The notes under the pieces: model-generated
What the model was told of the DNA's origin: nothing
What the model saw: only the letters and a program-made list of their open reading frames with translations
The model's database searches: none
Shown: positions 8,042-17,631 of the stretch, piece by piece
Layout: every line of letters begins with the position of its first letter
Numbering within the stretch: position 1 is the first letter of the stretch
Assembly: GCA_964366335.1 (NCBI GenBank)
Contig: CAYITQ010000001.1
Span: forward strand, 41,336 to 105,335
Source: an uncultured Gammaproteobacteria bacterium
Lineage (GTDB): Bacteria; Patescibacteriota; Microgenomatia; CAZETR01; Amesbacteraceae
Length of the DNA: 64,000 nucleotides
Direction of reading: 5' to 3'
Translations under genes and position numbers: made by a program

Positions 8042-9258
8042 TTCGTAAATTACTTATATTTTCGGTAGTGATTATATTATTTGTCTGGCGGATTTTTCTT
8101 TCGGTCAACGCCAAGCATGGCGACATGTACAATAATATTAGCTGGGGAAGGGTAGCCTACAAACAGGAAGGTCTGGCCGGATATTATGAATTACCCAAAG
8201 AGGTCTGGTCTCACAGCCGGCCCAACCAGCCACCTGGTAGCATTTGGCTTCATCTTGCATCAGAAAATATTTATTACTCAACTGATAAACTGATAAACTG
8301 GCTAAACGGTAAACTACCGGTGTTTCCCTCAACGCTGGTTTGGTTTTGGCAGGATCATGGTGAGGTTATCTCGATCAAAATATTTTCAATATTAGCTGAC
8401 TTTGCGATAGCCCTTTTATTGTATAAAGCCGGCGGAAAAGGATTGGCTTTGATTTACCTGGTTAGTCCACCCATGTGGTACAACTCAAGCTACTGGGGCC
8501 AGACGGATCCGATTGTAGCGGCCTTAGCACTCTGGTCAATATACTTTCTGATCAAGGGAAAACTAGCCAGATCCGGCATACTTCTCGGACTTTCTTTGAT
8601 TACCAAGGCTTCGTGGGCGCCACTAACACTCTTCTATTTAATTTATTTTTGTCAAAATTTTCCCAGAAAAGTCTATAATTTGGTATTTATACCAGTAACG
8701 GCTATTTTGACTGCTTGGCCGTTTCACCCACAAACAGATCTCGTTTTTTGGCTGTACGATTTGTTTGTGACCAGAATACTGCCGGGAGAAACTGCTTTAG
8801 CTACCGTGGGTGCTTTTAATCTACATCACATAATCTGGGGTCAGATGGTCAACCATTGGTTTTCGACTATTTTAGCCATGATTATCTTAATTCCCTTAAT
8901 TATATATATGGCCATTAATTTGTTTCGGAAATCCGACCCCTTGAGACTTATTTATTGGCTGGCTCTCTTATTTTGGGCTTTCTTTTTGTTTAATACCAAA
9001 ATGCACGAACGCTACCTTTATCCCATTTTTCCGTTATTATCTTTTTTATTGGTTTTGAAACCGACTATAAAATTATTGATAATATACGTGCTAATCTCGC
9101 TGGTATTTTTGTTTAATATGTACTACATGTGGTATGCGCCCAATATCCCATGGTTGATGTCGCTGTATACACCCGAAGTTCTAGATTTCGTGAGTTTGGT
9201 TAATATTATTTTGTTTATCGCCTTTTTTAAGCTAAAATCAAGTTATGTTCAAGACTAA
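8038..9258 (+). CDS. GT-C membrane glycosyltransferase (GT87/mannosyltransferase-like)
   Basis: 'NQPPG', 'SSYWGQTD' and 'MHERYLYP' motifs; multi-TM. Confidence 0.85.
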   Translation: MIRKLLIFSVVIILFVWRIFLSVNAKHGDMYNNISWGRVAYKQEGLAGYYELPKEVWSHSRPNQPPGSIWLHLASENIYYSTDKLINWLNGKLPVFPSTLVWFWQDHGEVISIKIFSILADFAIALLLYKAGGKGLALIYLVSPPMWYNSSYWGQTDPIVAALALWSIYFLIKGKLARSGILLGLSLITKASWAPLTLFYLIYFCQNFPRKVYNLVFIPVTAILTAWPFHPQTDLVFWLYDLFVTRILPGETALATVGAFNLHHIIWGQMVNHWFSTILAMIILIPLIIYMAINLFRKSDPLRLIYWLALLFWAFFLFNTKMHERYLYPIFPLLSFLLVLKPTIKLLIIYVLISLVFLFNMYYMWYAPNIPWLMSLYTPEVLDFVSLVNIILFIAFFKLKSSYVQD

Positions 9259-10828
9259 CTGGATAGTGGTAGGATTTATGGTCTTGGGATTTGTGCTTCG
9301 AACAGTTTGGCTTGCTAAATATCCGGCTGGTTTCACCCCGGACGAGGCTGCCTTTGGCTACAATGCCTATTCAATCTTGCAAACAGGTAAGGATGAGTGG
9401 GGAACTCCTTGGTGGCAATTGTTTTCCTCAAATATGCGCTCTTTTGGCGATTACAAGCTTCCCCTCTATACTTTCTTGGCCATTCCTAGTATAAAACTGT
9501 TTGGTTTAAATGAATTTGCCACCAGACTTCCAAATGCGATTATTGGGACATTGGCCATAGGGGCGATATATTTATTGACAAAGAGATTGTCCGCTGCCGT
9601 AATTCTGACACTCTCGCCCTGGGCAATTAGTATGTCCCGGGGGGCATTTGAAGCCAATCTCGCCACCTTGTTTTTGCCTCTGGGAATATATTTATTTTTG
9701 AGAAACAAATATTGGCTCAGCGCAATTATTTTTGCTTTGAGCTTTTATTCATATCATTCAGCAAGACTCGTGACACCAATAATCATTCTCATTCTGGTTT
9801 TGTATAAAAAAGTGAATAAAGAAGTATTACTACCAAGTTTACTTTTGGGTATTTTGTTAATTCCGGGATTATTCTCGATGGTGTCTCGAGGTAGTGCCCG
9901 GACGGCCGATGTCAGTATCATCAGTCCGACTGGTGGTTGGAGTGCAGTAGCCGATCGGAGATTTGAAGCCATTGTTGTTGGACTTCCGGATTCTGTCAGC
10001 AGATTCTTTTCCAACAAACCAATTTATGTAGTATCTGCTTTTGTCAAAAATTATTTGTCATATTGGTCACCACAATTCTGGTTTACTAGTGGGGCTGGCG
10101 AAGCTACTTATGGCATGATTACCGGCCGCGGGACATTTTATTATGTTGAAATCATATTCTTGGCTGGATTTTTAATATTATTTATCCGAAACCCCAATAA
10201 AGAATATTTGTTTATCCTGTTACTGGCAGCTATCAGCTTTGTTCCATCAGCTTTATCCAAAGGTCCTGGATATGCTGCCAACCGTGCCGTCATCGCCCTG
10301 CCATTTTTAATTATGATGCTCTCTCTGGGATCAGAATTTATATTAAAGAAAAAATCCTTAATTATTCTAACTTCTATCTTCTACCTTCTATCTTCCGTAT
10401 ATTTTATAGAGGACTACCTCTACCATGCACCCAAAAATAGTGCTAGGTCAATGAATTATGGCTGGACGGATTTGATGCCGAGGCTAATGCCAATAGCCAG
10501 TAGATTTGAAGACGTCAGATTTAGCAGATCACTTTCCGAGCCACATATATTTCTGGCTTTTTATACCAAGGCCGATCCAAAAGTTTATCAGCAGTATTCT
10601 TCGGGGTGGCTGGAATTTGAAAAGAAGGGCCTGAAATTTCTGGATCAATATGATGGTTATTATTTGGAAAAATTCCGCTTTGGGGATTTGAAGTATGGAG
10701 AACAGGTAACTAAACCAACCTTATATATAGGTAGACCGGATGAATTTCCGGACGATACCGGTTACTATATCAAAACGTTTTATCCGGACGGAACGCCAGA
10801 CATGATGGTAGCAGAAAAACAACCATGA
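9245..10828 (+). CDS. ArnT/PMT-like GT-C glycosyltransferase
   Basis: 'PDEAAFGYNAYSILQTGKDEWG...SFGDYKLP', 'SRGAFEAN'. Confidence 0.88.
   Translation: MFKTNWIVVGFMVLGFVLRTVWLAKYPAGFTPDEAAFGYNAYSILQTGKDEWGTPWWQLFSSNMRSFGDYKLPLYTFLAIPSIKLFGLNEFATRLPNAIIGTLAIGAIYLLTKRLSAAVILTLSPWAISMSRGAFEANLATLFLPLGIYLFLRNKYWLSAIIFALSFYSYHSARLVTPIIILILVLYKKVNKEVLLPSLLLGILLIPGLFSMVSRGSARTADVSIISPTGGWSAVADRRFEAIVVGLPDSVSRFFSNKPIYVVSAFVKNYLSYWSPQFWFTSGAGEATYGMITGRGTFYYVEIIFLAGFLILFIRNPNKEYLFILLLAAISFVPSALSKGPGYAANRAVIALPFLIMMLSLGSEFILKKKSLIILTSIFYLLSSVYFIEDYLYHAPKNSARSMNYGWTDLMPRLMPIASRFEDVRFSRSLSEPHIFLAFYTKADPKVYQQYSSGWLEFEKKGLKFLDQYDGYYLEKFRFGDLKYGEQVTKPTLYIGRPDEFPDDTGYYIKTFYPDGTPDMMVAEKQP
10365..10392. repeat. 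Intragenic 7-bp tandem array
   Basis: TTCTAAC TTCTATC TTCTACC TTCTATC. Confidence 0.7.
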
Positions 10829-12372
10829 ATAAATTTCTATTAGTTTTAGTCCTGCTTTTGATTCCTGCTTTTGGCTTGATGCTTAGACCTGGAGTTTATA
10901 CCATGCATGATTTTCATGTCTTCCGCCAGCAACAATTTGAAAAATGTTTGCAGATAACCAAAAACTTTCCGTGCCGATGGTCCGGCGATGCCGGATTAGG
11001 TTATGGAGAACCAGTCTTTAATTTTTATGGTCAATTCCCATATTGGATTGGAGAAGTATTCAGAATATCAGGATTGTCAATTTTGGATTCTGTCAAAGCC
11101 AATTTTATATTGACATTAATTGCATCGGCGGTGGCGATGTACTTTCTTGCCCGGAAATTTTGGTCAAATTCAGGAGCCTTAGTCTCTGCGGTATTCTATG
11201 CCTATGCACCTTATCGGGCTGTCGATATTTGGGTGCGGGGAGCACTCAATGAATCTCTGGCTTTTATCTTTTTTCCTTTGATACTTTTATTTATCAAAGA
11301 ATTTATATCTACAAACAAGAATAAATATTTATTTTGGCTAATATTATCACTGGCAGGACTGACACTGACACATAATTTGTCGCTTTTGGTTTTTGCTCCA
11401 TTTGCAATTATATGGAGTATATTTTGGTGGTGGAAGAGCAATAGATCTATTCATTTAATTTATGATTTGACTAGCGCAGGATTAGCAAGCGTTCTGTTAT
11501 CAGCCTTTTATTTATTGCCTGTCATATTTGAAAGTAGTTTAGTAACTCTAAATCAGACAACTTCCGGTTATTATGATTTTCATTTGCATTACGCGACTCT
11601 GCGACAATTATTTCTTTCCACTTTTTGGGGATTTGGCGGATCTACCTGGGGTCCCAATGATACCATGAGTTTTGCGGTCGGACATTTACATTGGATATTG
11701 GCAATAATATTAGTCGTGTTCGTGTTGATAAAAAAAAGAAACAAAGAAATATTATTTTTTATCTCTCTCGGTCTCTTTGCTATCTTTCTTACTCACGGTA
11801 AATCAGACTTTATCTGGAATCTGGTTAAACCCATGGCTTATATCCAGTTTCCCTGGCGGTTTTTGACTATGTCCACCTTATTTTTATCGCTGGCGATGGG
11901 AGCCGTTACAAAATTGATTCCAAAACCGATATGGATTGTTTTATTGGTGCTGGGAATAACATTTTATGCTGGGAATTTCCACTCGGATATCTGGAGAGAT
12001 ATTACAGACAGTCAGCAATTCAGTGGCCAATTATGGGATGAGCAGAGAAGCTCGGCCCTGTCAGACTTCTGGCCAAAATCGGCCAAGCTTCCAAATAATT
12101 TCGCTCCCAAATCACCTGAAATAATTCTGGAGACTGACAGCTATCAAAAAATCCGCTATCCGATTGTTTATTTTCCGGGTTGGACGGCACGAAGCAATAA
12201 ACAAAAATTATTTATTTATCCAAGTGGGGAATTAGGTTTGATTACTGTGAGGGCTCCGGTAAATTCAAATATAAAATTATCTTTTGAAGATTCGCCGGTC
12301 AGAAAAATCGGAAACATTGTCAGTCTGATTACCTTATTTGGATTAATGATTTGGATGTGGAAAAAATCTTAA
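10825..12372 (+). CDS. GT-C membrane protein (PTPS-related/YfhO-like)
   Basis: 'GYGEPVFNFY', 'YAPYRAVDIWVRGALNE', 'THNL', 'IQFPWRFL', 'YFPGW'. Confidence 0.82.
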   Translation: MNKFLLVLVLLLIPAFGLMLRPGVYTMHDFHVFRQQQFEKCLQITKNFPCRWSGDAGLGYGEPVFNFYGQFPYWIGEVFRISGLSILDSVKANFILTLIASAVAMYFLARKFWSNSGALVSAVFYAYAPYRAVDIWVRGALNESLAFIFFPLILLFIKEFISTNKNKYLFWLILSLAGLTLTHNLSLLVFAPFAIIWSIFWWWKSNRSIHLIYDLTSAGLASVLLSAFYLLPVIFESSLVTLNQTTSGYYDFHLHYATLRQLFLSTFWGFGGSTWGPNDTMSFAVGHLHWILAIILVVFVLIKKRNKEILFFISLGLFAIFLTHGKSDFIWNLVKPMAYIQFPWRFLTMSTLFLSLAMGAVTKLIPKPIWIVLLVLGITFYAGNFHSDIWRDITDSQQFSGQLWDEQRSSALSDFWPKSAKLPNNFAPKSPEIILETDSYQKIRYPIVYFPGWTARSNKQKLFIYPSGELGLITVRAPVNSNIKLSFEDSPVRKIGNIVSLITLFGLMIWMWKKS

Positions 12373-13841
12373 TAATAATTATTCTTGTGACCGGCATCGT
12401 TTGGAGATTGCCGTATTTTGCACCCTCTAGTTTCAATTGGGATGAAGTTTCTCTCGGATATAATTCTTATTCAATGTTGAAGTCTGGAGCGGATGAATGG
12501 GGTATAAAAATGCCAACAATATTTCGAGCTTATGGTGATTACAAGCTTCCGGTATATGTCTACATGACCACACTCTGGCCGCAATTCCCCCGCACTACAT
12601 CTATCATTGCAGGCGTACTGACAATGCTGATTTCCTATTTATTGGTCCGAAAAATATTTAATAAAGAAACTGCGCTTGTTACTTTGGCACTTGTCACTCT
12701 GTCACCCTGGACAGTCATGCTCTCTCGTTTGGCTCTCGAGGCAAACTTAGCCGTTTTATTTATTTCCTTGGGCATGCTCTGCTTGGTCTCCAAAAAACAC
12801 CTCTGGTCAATAATCTTTTTTGGCATCTCGGTTTGGACTTACAACAGTGCGCGAGTATTTACTCCTTTATTTTTAGCTTGTTATTTAATCATAAACAAAA
12901 ATTATAAAAAGTTTACTTCTATGAACTATATACTATTAATTATTTTCTTTTTGCCGATGATATATCAATTATTAAACTCCACAGGTCAAGCACGATACAG
13001 TAAATTGTCACTTATAGACGACGGAGCTATAGGCAAAATAAATAAATTACAAACAACTCAATGGGGAGGACGCATGGTTTACAACAAAGCCACTTATTTT
13101 GCAGCCGCTTTTGCCAAAAATTATGTATCATATTTATCACCCAGTTTTTTGTTTATCAAAGGTGGCGATCACTATCAATTCAGCGTCCAAAATTATGGTC
13201 TTTTGTATCTAATATGTCTGCCTTTTTATTATATTGGATTAACAAAAGTTTTTAATAATAAATTACTTTTATTGTGGCTCTTAATAGCTCCAATCGCAGG
13301 AAGTATTACCCGTGATAGTCCTCACACCCTTCGAGCCATCACAATGCTGCCATTGCCAATGATACTTACCGCTCTTGGTGTAGTATCTATATTAAAAAAA
13401 TATTATTTAGTAATATTGCCAATTATTATATTATCTTCGATAAACTATCAACTAGCTACTAACTCCTATCTCCTAAACTACTCATGGTCTTGGCAATATG
13501 GCTATAAAGAAGTAGTTCAATTAATCAAACAAGACTACGATAAATACGATCAGATTATTTTTACCAAAAAATATGGTGAACCGCATGAATTTGTAGCCTT
13601 TTATTGGCCCTGGGATCCGGCTGATTTTGCCAAAAGTAAATCCTGGGACTATCATGCCAATTGGTATTGGGTCAACGAACTGGATAAAATTAAATTTGTA
13701 AATGATTGGGAAATGAAATCATATGTATATAAACCCAAGACACTAATTATCGCCAGTCCGGAAAATATTCCCGCGGGATCCGAAATCAAGCGAATTAATT
13801 TCCTAGACGGCAAACCCGCTTTTATAATTAAAGAATTATGA
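12357..13841 (+). CDS. ArnT/PMT-like GT-C glycosyltransferase
   Basis: 'WDEVSLGYNSYSMLKSGADEWG...AYGDYKLP'. Start is GTG 12357 or TTG 12351. Confidence 0.87.
   Translation: MEKILIIIILVTGIVWRLPYFAPSSFNWDEVSLGYNSYSMLKSGADEWGIKMPTIFRAYGDYKLPVYVYMTTLWPQFPRTTSIIAGVLTMLISYLLVRKIFNKETALVTLALVTLSPWTVMLSRLALEANLAVLFISLGMLCLVSKKHLWSIIFFGISVWTYNSARVFTPLFLACYLIINKNYKKFTSMNYILLIIFFLPMIYQLLNSTGQARYSKLSLIDDGAIGKINKLQTTQWGGRMVYNKATYFAAAFAKNYVSYLSPSFLFIKGGDHYQFSVQNYGLLYLICLPFYYIGLTKVFNNKLLLLWLLIAPIAGSITRDSPHTLRAITMLPLPMILTALGVVSILKKYYLVILPIIILSSINYQLATNSYLLNYSWSWQYGYKEVVQLIKQDYDKYDQIIFTKKYGEPHEFVAFYWPWDPADFAKSKSWDYHANWYWVNELDKIKFVNDWEMKSYVYKPKTLIIASPENIPAGSEIKRINFLDGKPAFIIKEL
13438..13479. repeat. Intragenic 7-bp-period array (CTA-N4)
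   Basis: CGATAAA CTATCAA CTAGCTA CTAACTC CTATCTC CTAAACT. Confidence 0.6.
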
Positions 13842-14443
13842 TAGTATTTATTGATGAGTCTGGGATTCATAAGCAAATAGGTCATTCGAGTGCTTCGGTA
13901 GTTTACGTTTGGACTCAGGATTTGGATAAATTTGAAAAAGGAATTGAGAGTTTAAATCAAAAGTTGAAAATAAATTATTTTCATTGGACTGAAAGTAGTT
14001 GGGAATTAAAAGAAAAATTTTTAGTCGGTGTCAGAAAATTAGATTTTCTATTTAAAGTTATCGTTTTTGATAACCCCATTAAATATCAGCAAATAATCGA
14101 GGTGGTCTTTAAGCATTTATTGGTGGAAAATGTGGATAAAGTATTCATTGACGGCAAAAAACCCGAATGGTATGAACGGAAACTAAAAAAAGTTTTAAGG
14201 GATATGGGAAACTCGGTTAAAAAACTGAAGACGATAAGAAATGAGTCGGCACATCCAGGAATCCAATTGGCAGATGCAATTGCTGGTTTATATAGGTACC
14301 AAGCCGATAATCCAAATTCTAAAATTGCGTCGGAGTTAGTGAAGAAATTAAATAAAAATGAAGTAATGTCAAGTAGCTTTAATGCCGATAATTATTTTAC
14401 CAAGAAAAACCCCGACAAAAGCCGGGGTCAGCGTCCCGGATAG
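13838..14443 (+). CDS. DUF3800 family protein (RNase H-like fold)
   Basis: N-terminal 'VFIDESG', central 'VFIDG' and C-terminal 'GIQLADAIAG' are the hallmark DUF3800 motifs. Confidence 0.85.
   Translation: MIVFIDESGIHKQIGHSSASVVYVWTQDLDKFEKGIESLNQKLKINYFHWTESSWELKEKFLVGVRKLDFLFKVIVFDNPIKYQQIIEVVFKHLLVENVDKVFIDGKKPEWYERKLKKVLRDMGNSVKKLKTIRNESAHPGIQLADAIAGLYRYQADNPNSKIASELVKKLNKNEVMSSSFNADNYFTKKNPDKSRGQRPG
14402..14428 (-). terminator. Intrinsic terminator of the predicted RNA
   Basis: Minus strand ACCCCGGC-UUUU-GUCGGGGU followed by UUUUCUU. The G-U pair and U-tract exist only on the minus strand. Confidence 0.75.
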
Positions 14444-14496
14444 TTCACCATTGGTGTACTTTTCCACACGGGAATTTGTCACCGGTAGCTAGTTAT
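14402..14496 (-). ncRNA. Predicted ~95-nt structured RNA convergent with the DUF3800 gene (DUF3800-associated RNA candidate)
   Basis: Bounded by a consensus promoter and an intrinsic terminator on the minus strand. Internal stems UCCCG/CGGGA, AGU/ACU and CACC/GGUG. No supportable coding ORF. Confidence 0.68.
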
Positions 14497-14502
14497 GAGA
14501 TT

Positions 14503-14530
14503 ATTATACGATAACTTATGAAAATGTCAA
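14503..14530 (-). promoter_or_regulatory. Consensus sigma70 promoter
   Basis: TTGACA (14530-14525) -16 bp- TATAAT (14508-14503) on the minus strand. The -35 overlaps the first codons of the next GT-C gene. Confidence 0.75.
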
Positions 14531-16023
14531 GATTAATGATACTAATTTTTATTGTTTCTCTTGGTCTTACACTTAGACTGTTTTACTTAGACTCGCGTCC
14601 GGTGGGTTTTACCTGGGATGAAGCGGCCTTGGGATACAACGCCTATTCATTACTAAAGACGGGAAAGGATGAATATGGGAAAATTTTGCCGGTGGTATTT
14701 AAATCCTTTGGCGATTACAAGCCCGGATTATATATATATCTTACTGTCCCGGCCATAAAAATATTTGGTCTGTCAGAATTCGCCACCCGATTACCATCAG
14801 CGATCTTTGGAACGTTATTAATTGTCGTTGTGTATTTATTGGTTTCGAAATTACTTAGCGCTCAGCACCTAGCCCTTAGCACGGCATTTCTTCTTGCGAT
14901 TAATCCCTGGTCCATTCACTTCTCCCGTGGTGCCTGGGAAGCCAACATAGCGCTATTTCTGACGACATTAGCTACATTATTGTTTATAAAAAAGCGCTAT
15001 ATATATTCAAGTTTATTTTTTGGATTAACGCTATTTACCTATCAGGGGGCCAAGATGTTTACCCCGCTCTTAGTTTTATCACTTTTGATAATTTATAAAC
15101 CAAATATTAAAAAACTGTTTTGGCCAGGAGTATTAGGATTACTTCTGTTATTACCAATCCTTTGGAATCTTGATTCACAATCCGGAAGGTTGAAGGTCTT
15201 TAGTATCTTTAATTATCAGGGAAATTTAGTCAGGGGAATTACCCAGCGTTACCTAAATCACCTTTCTCCGAAATATTTGTTTTTTACGGGAGACTGGTCA
15301 AATTTGCGTCAGAGTATTCCCTATTATGGCTACTTCCACCTGCCCGAAATTATCACCATCGCAATCGGTCTGATTGTTCTTCTAAGAACTAATAACCAAG
15401 TAACCAAGCTACTAATAACATGGCTATTAATTGTTATTTTACCTTCCGCCCTATCCCGTGATATTGTCTCTGGTGTCCGCTCTCTGCCTATGGTAATACC
15501 GTTAGTAATTATGTCCGGAATCGGACTTGCAAAATTATTTTATTATCACCGCCTTTTATACATTTATACATTTATACTTTTATCCTTATTTATTTTATTC
15601 TTGGATCTCTATTTTATCCATGCTCCCAATTTCGTAGCCCGTGACATGATGTATGGTTATAAACAAGCTCTTCAAATAATCAAACCGTACTTAGATAGGT
15701 ATGATAGGGTAATATTTACAGACAAACTTGGTCAGCCGTATATATATACTTTATTCTATTACACAATAGACCCAGGCAGTTATCAAAAACAAGCAAATTT
15801 AATATTAGATTCCCAGGGGGATGTAGGAAAAGTGGAAAAGTGGGGTAAGTTTTTGTATCAGCCACCCGATTGGCGATATCAGCGGGGTGACAACTCAACC
15901 ATATTTGTGGGTGATAATTACGAATTGCCCGATCAGGATATGAATCCGGTAAATTTAATTAAATTGGGTGAAGTTTACTATCCAAATGGCAAACACGCGC
16001 TTAGAATAGTGGCTCTAAAATGA
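14518..16023 (+). CDS. ArnT/PMT-like GT-C glycosyltransferase
   Basis: 'WDEAALGYNAYSLLKTGKDEYG...SFGDYKPG', 'SRGAWEAN'. Confidence 0.88.
   Translation: MKMSRLMILIFIVSLGLTLRLFYLDSRPVGFTWDEAALGYNAYSLLKTGKDEYGKILPVVFKSFGDYKPGLYIYLTVPAIKIFGLSEFATRLPSAIFGTLLIVVVYLLVSKLLSAQHLALSTAFLLAINPWSIHFSRGAWEANIALFLTTLATLLFIKKRYIYSSLFFGLTLFTYQGAKMFTPLLVLSLLIIYKPNIKKLFWPGVLGLLLLLPILWNLDSQSGRLKVFSIFNYQGNLVRGITQRYLNHLSPKYLFFTGDWSNLRQSIPYYGYFHLPEIITIAIGLIVLLRTNNQVTKLLITWLLIVILPSALSRDIVSGVRSLPMVIPLVIMSGIGLAKLFYYHRLLYIYTFILLSLFILFLDLYFIHAPNFVARDMMYGYKQALQIIKPYLDRYDRVIFTDKLGQPYIYTLFYYTIDPGSYQKQANLILDSQGDVGKVEKWGKFLYQPPDWRYQRGDNSTIFVGDNYELPDQDMNPVNLIKLGEVYYPNGKHALRIVALK
14855..14882. repeat. Intragenic 7-bp array (YTAGCMC family)
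   Basis: TTAGCGC TCAGCAC CTAGCCC TTAGCAC. Confidence 0.7.
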
Positions 16024-17630
16024 AAAAATATATTCCATTATTTTTGATTTTAATTTTGGCTACAGTATTACGTGTCTGGAATATCTCTGGTAGCCCTTCG
16101 GGGCTCAATGCCGACGAAGCAGCTCTGGGCTACAACGCTTATTCTCTGATGTTGACTGGAAAAGATGAGCATGGCCATCCTTGGCCCGTTAATCTGGAAT
16201 CTTTTGGCGATTTCAAACCGGCTGGTTATGCCTATATATTAATTCCCTTTGTCAAAATCTTTGGTCTTACCGAATTCGCCGTCCGCCTCCCCTCGGTAAT
16301 ATTTGGGGTATTGGGAGTATTGGGAATTTATTTGTTAACCTACGAACTACTTAGCACTTGGCCCATAGCCCTTAGCACTGCTCTTATGCTCACAATTTCC
16401 CCTTGGCATTTACACTTTTCTAGAGGAGCTTGGGAAGTAAATGTCTCAACAACGTTTATAGTTTATGGTTTATGGTTCATAGTAAAATGGCTCAAAAGTC
16501 CAAAGTTTATATACTTAGCCCTTAGCACCTGGCACCTAGCACTGGCAATGTATTTCTATCAATCTTCCCGCGTCATCGTTCCACTATTGGGTCTAGGAAT
16601 ATTTATCATGTATTTCAAGAATTTTAAAACAAACCTCAAGCAAACAATAGTTTCTGGATTATTGTTGTTGGTATTATTATTACCTTTAATAATTTCGGTT
16701 ATAAGATCTGACGCTACATCCAGATTGAGCGGCGTAGGCTTATTAGCCGATTCGGGACCTACTGAGCGAGCCAAGGAACTTCGTATTCAGCATGGGGATC
16801 TCAAATCTATTCCTTCCAAGCTTTTGCACAATAGACCCGTACAATATGGTCTAAGATTTATTCAAAACTATCTCGATCATTTCGATGGTAATTTTCTGTT
16901 TGTAAACGGCGACGTCATCGAGCGTAGTAAGGTCCCGGAAATGGGTCTCTTTTATCTGACCGATTTTATTTTTCTAGCTCTTGGAATCGTTTATCTGCTT
17001 CGTACTCAGCACTTAGCCCCTAGCACTAATATAATCTGGCTCTGGCTTCTAATCGCACCAGTAGCTTCCGCCATGACATTCCAGACTCCTCACTCTCTCC
17101 GCGCCTTCAATATGGTAATTCCTATGACAATAATAATCTCTGTGGGAGTGTATCAAGTAATAAAATTTAAAAAACTATTTATCATTTTAATTGTTCCGTT
17201 ATATGTATATCAGCTTTCAGACTATTTGTATAAATATTACGTCCGTTATCCAAAAGAATATCCAGCCGCTTGGGAATATGGTTTTAAAGAACTGGTGGCC
17301 TATACAGAAAGTGTCAAAGACAAATATCCCAAAATCTGGGTGACAGACAAATATGACCAGCCCTATATATTGTTTCTATTTTATTCAAAATATGACCCAC
17401 GAAAGTTTCAGGGCAACCACACCCTTACATTTCGCGACAAATTCAATTTTTCTACTGTACGCGACTTCGATAAATATCATTTTGAATCCGCTCCTTGGGA
17501 CAAAGTCCGCAATCAGCATTCGGCATTGATAGTAGCTGCGCCAGAGGATATTCCAGATCTGGGAGTGGATGTGATAAAAACCATCAATTTCCCAAATGGC
17601 CTCCCGGCGTTTAAAATAGTATCAAATTGA
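16020..17630 (+). CDS. ArnT/PMT-like GT-C glycosyltransferase
   Basis: 'ADEAALGYNAYSLMLTGKDEHG...SFGDFKPA', 'SRGAWEVN'. Confidence 0.88.
   Translation: MKKYIPLFLILILATVLRVWNISGSPSGLNADEAALGYNAYSLMLTGKDEHGHPWPVNLESFGDFKPAGYAYILIPFVKIFGLTEFAVRLPSVIFGVLGVLGIYLLTYELLSTWPIALSTALMLTISPWHLHFSRGAWEVNVSTTFIVYGLWFIVKWLKSPKFIYLALSTWHLALAMYFYQSSRVIVPLLGLGIFIMYFKNFKTNLKQTIVSGLLLLVLLLPLIISVIRSDATSRLSGVGLLADSGPTERAKELRIQHGDLKSIPSKLLHNRPVQYGLRFIQNYLDHFDGNFLFVNGDVIERSKVPEMGLFYLTDFIFLALGIVYLLRTQHLAPSTNIIWLWLLIAPVASAMTFQTPHSLRAFNMVIPMTIIISVGVYQVIKFKKLFIILIVPLYVYQLSDYLYKYYVRYPKEYPAAWEYGFKELVAYTESVKDKYPKIWVTDKYDQPYILFLFYSKYDPRKFQGNHTLTFRDKFNFSTVRDFDKYHFESAPWDKVRNQHSALIVAAPEDIPDLGVDVIKTINFPNGLPAFKIVSN
16351..17026. 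repeat. Three separate intragenic YTAGCMC 7-bp arrays (16351-16378, 16515-16542, 17006-17026)
   Basis: TTAGCAC TTGGCCC ATAGCCC TTAGCAC; TTAGCCC TTAGCAC CTGGCAC CTAGCAC; TCAGCAC TTAGCCC CTAGCAC. Confidence 0.7.
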
Positions 17631-17631
17631 T

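Noticed and set aside
13450-13459. 10-nt match (AACTAGCTAC) to the 5' end of the predicted DUF3800 RNA as a possible guide target
   Set aside because: Too short to exceed chance in a 64-kb AT-rich window, and it lies in a low-complexity heptamer array.
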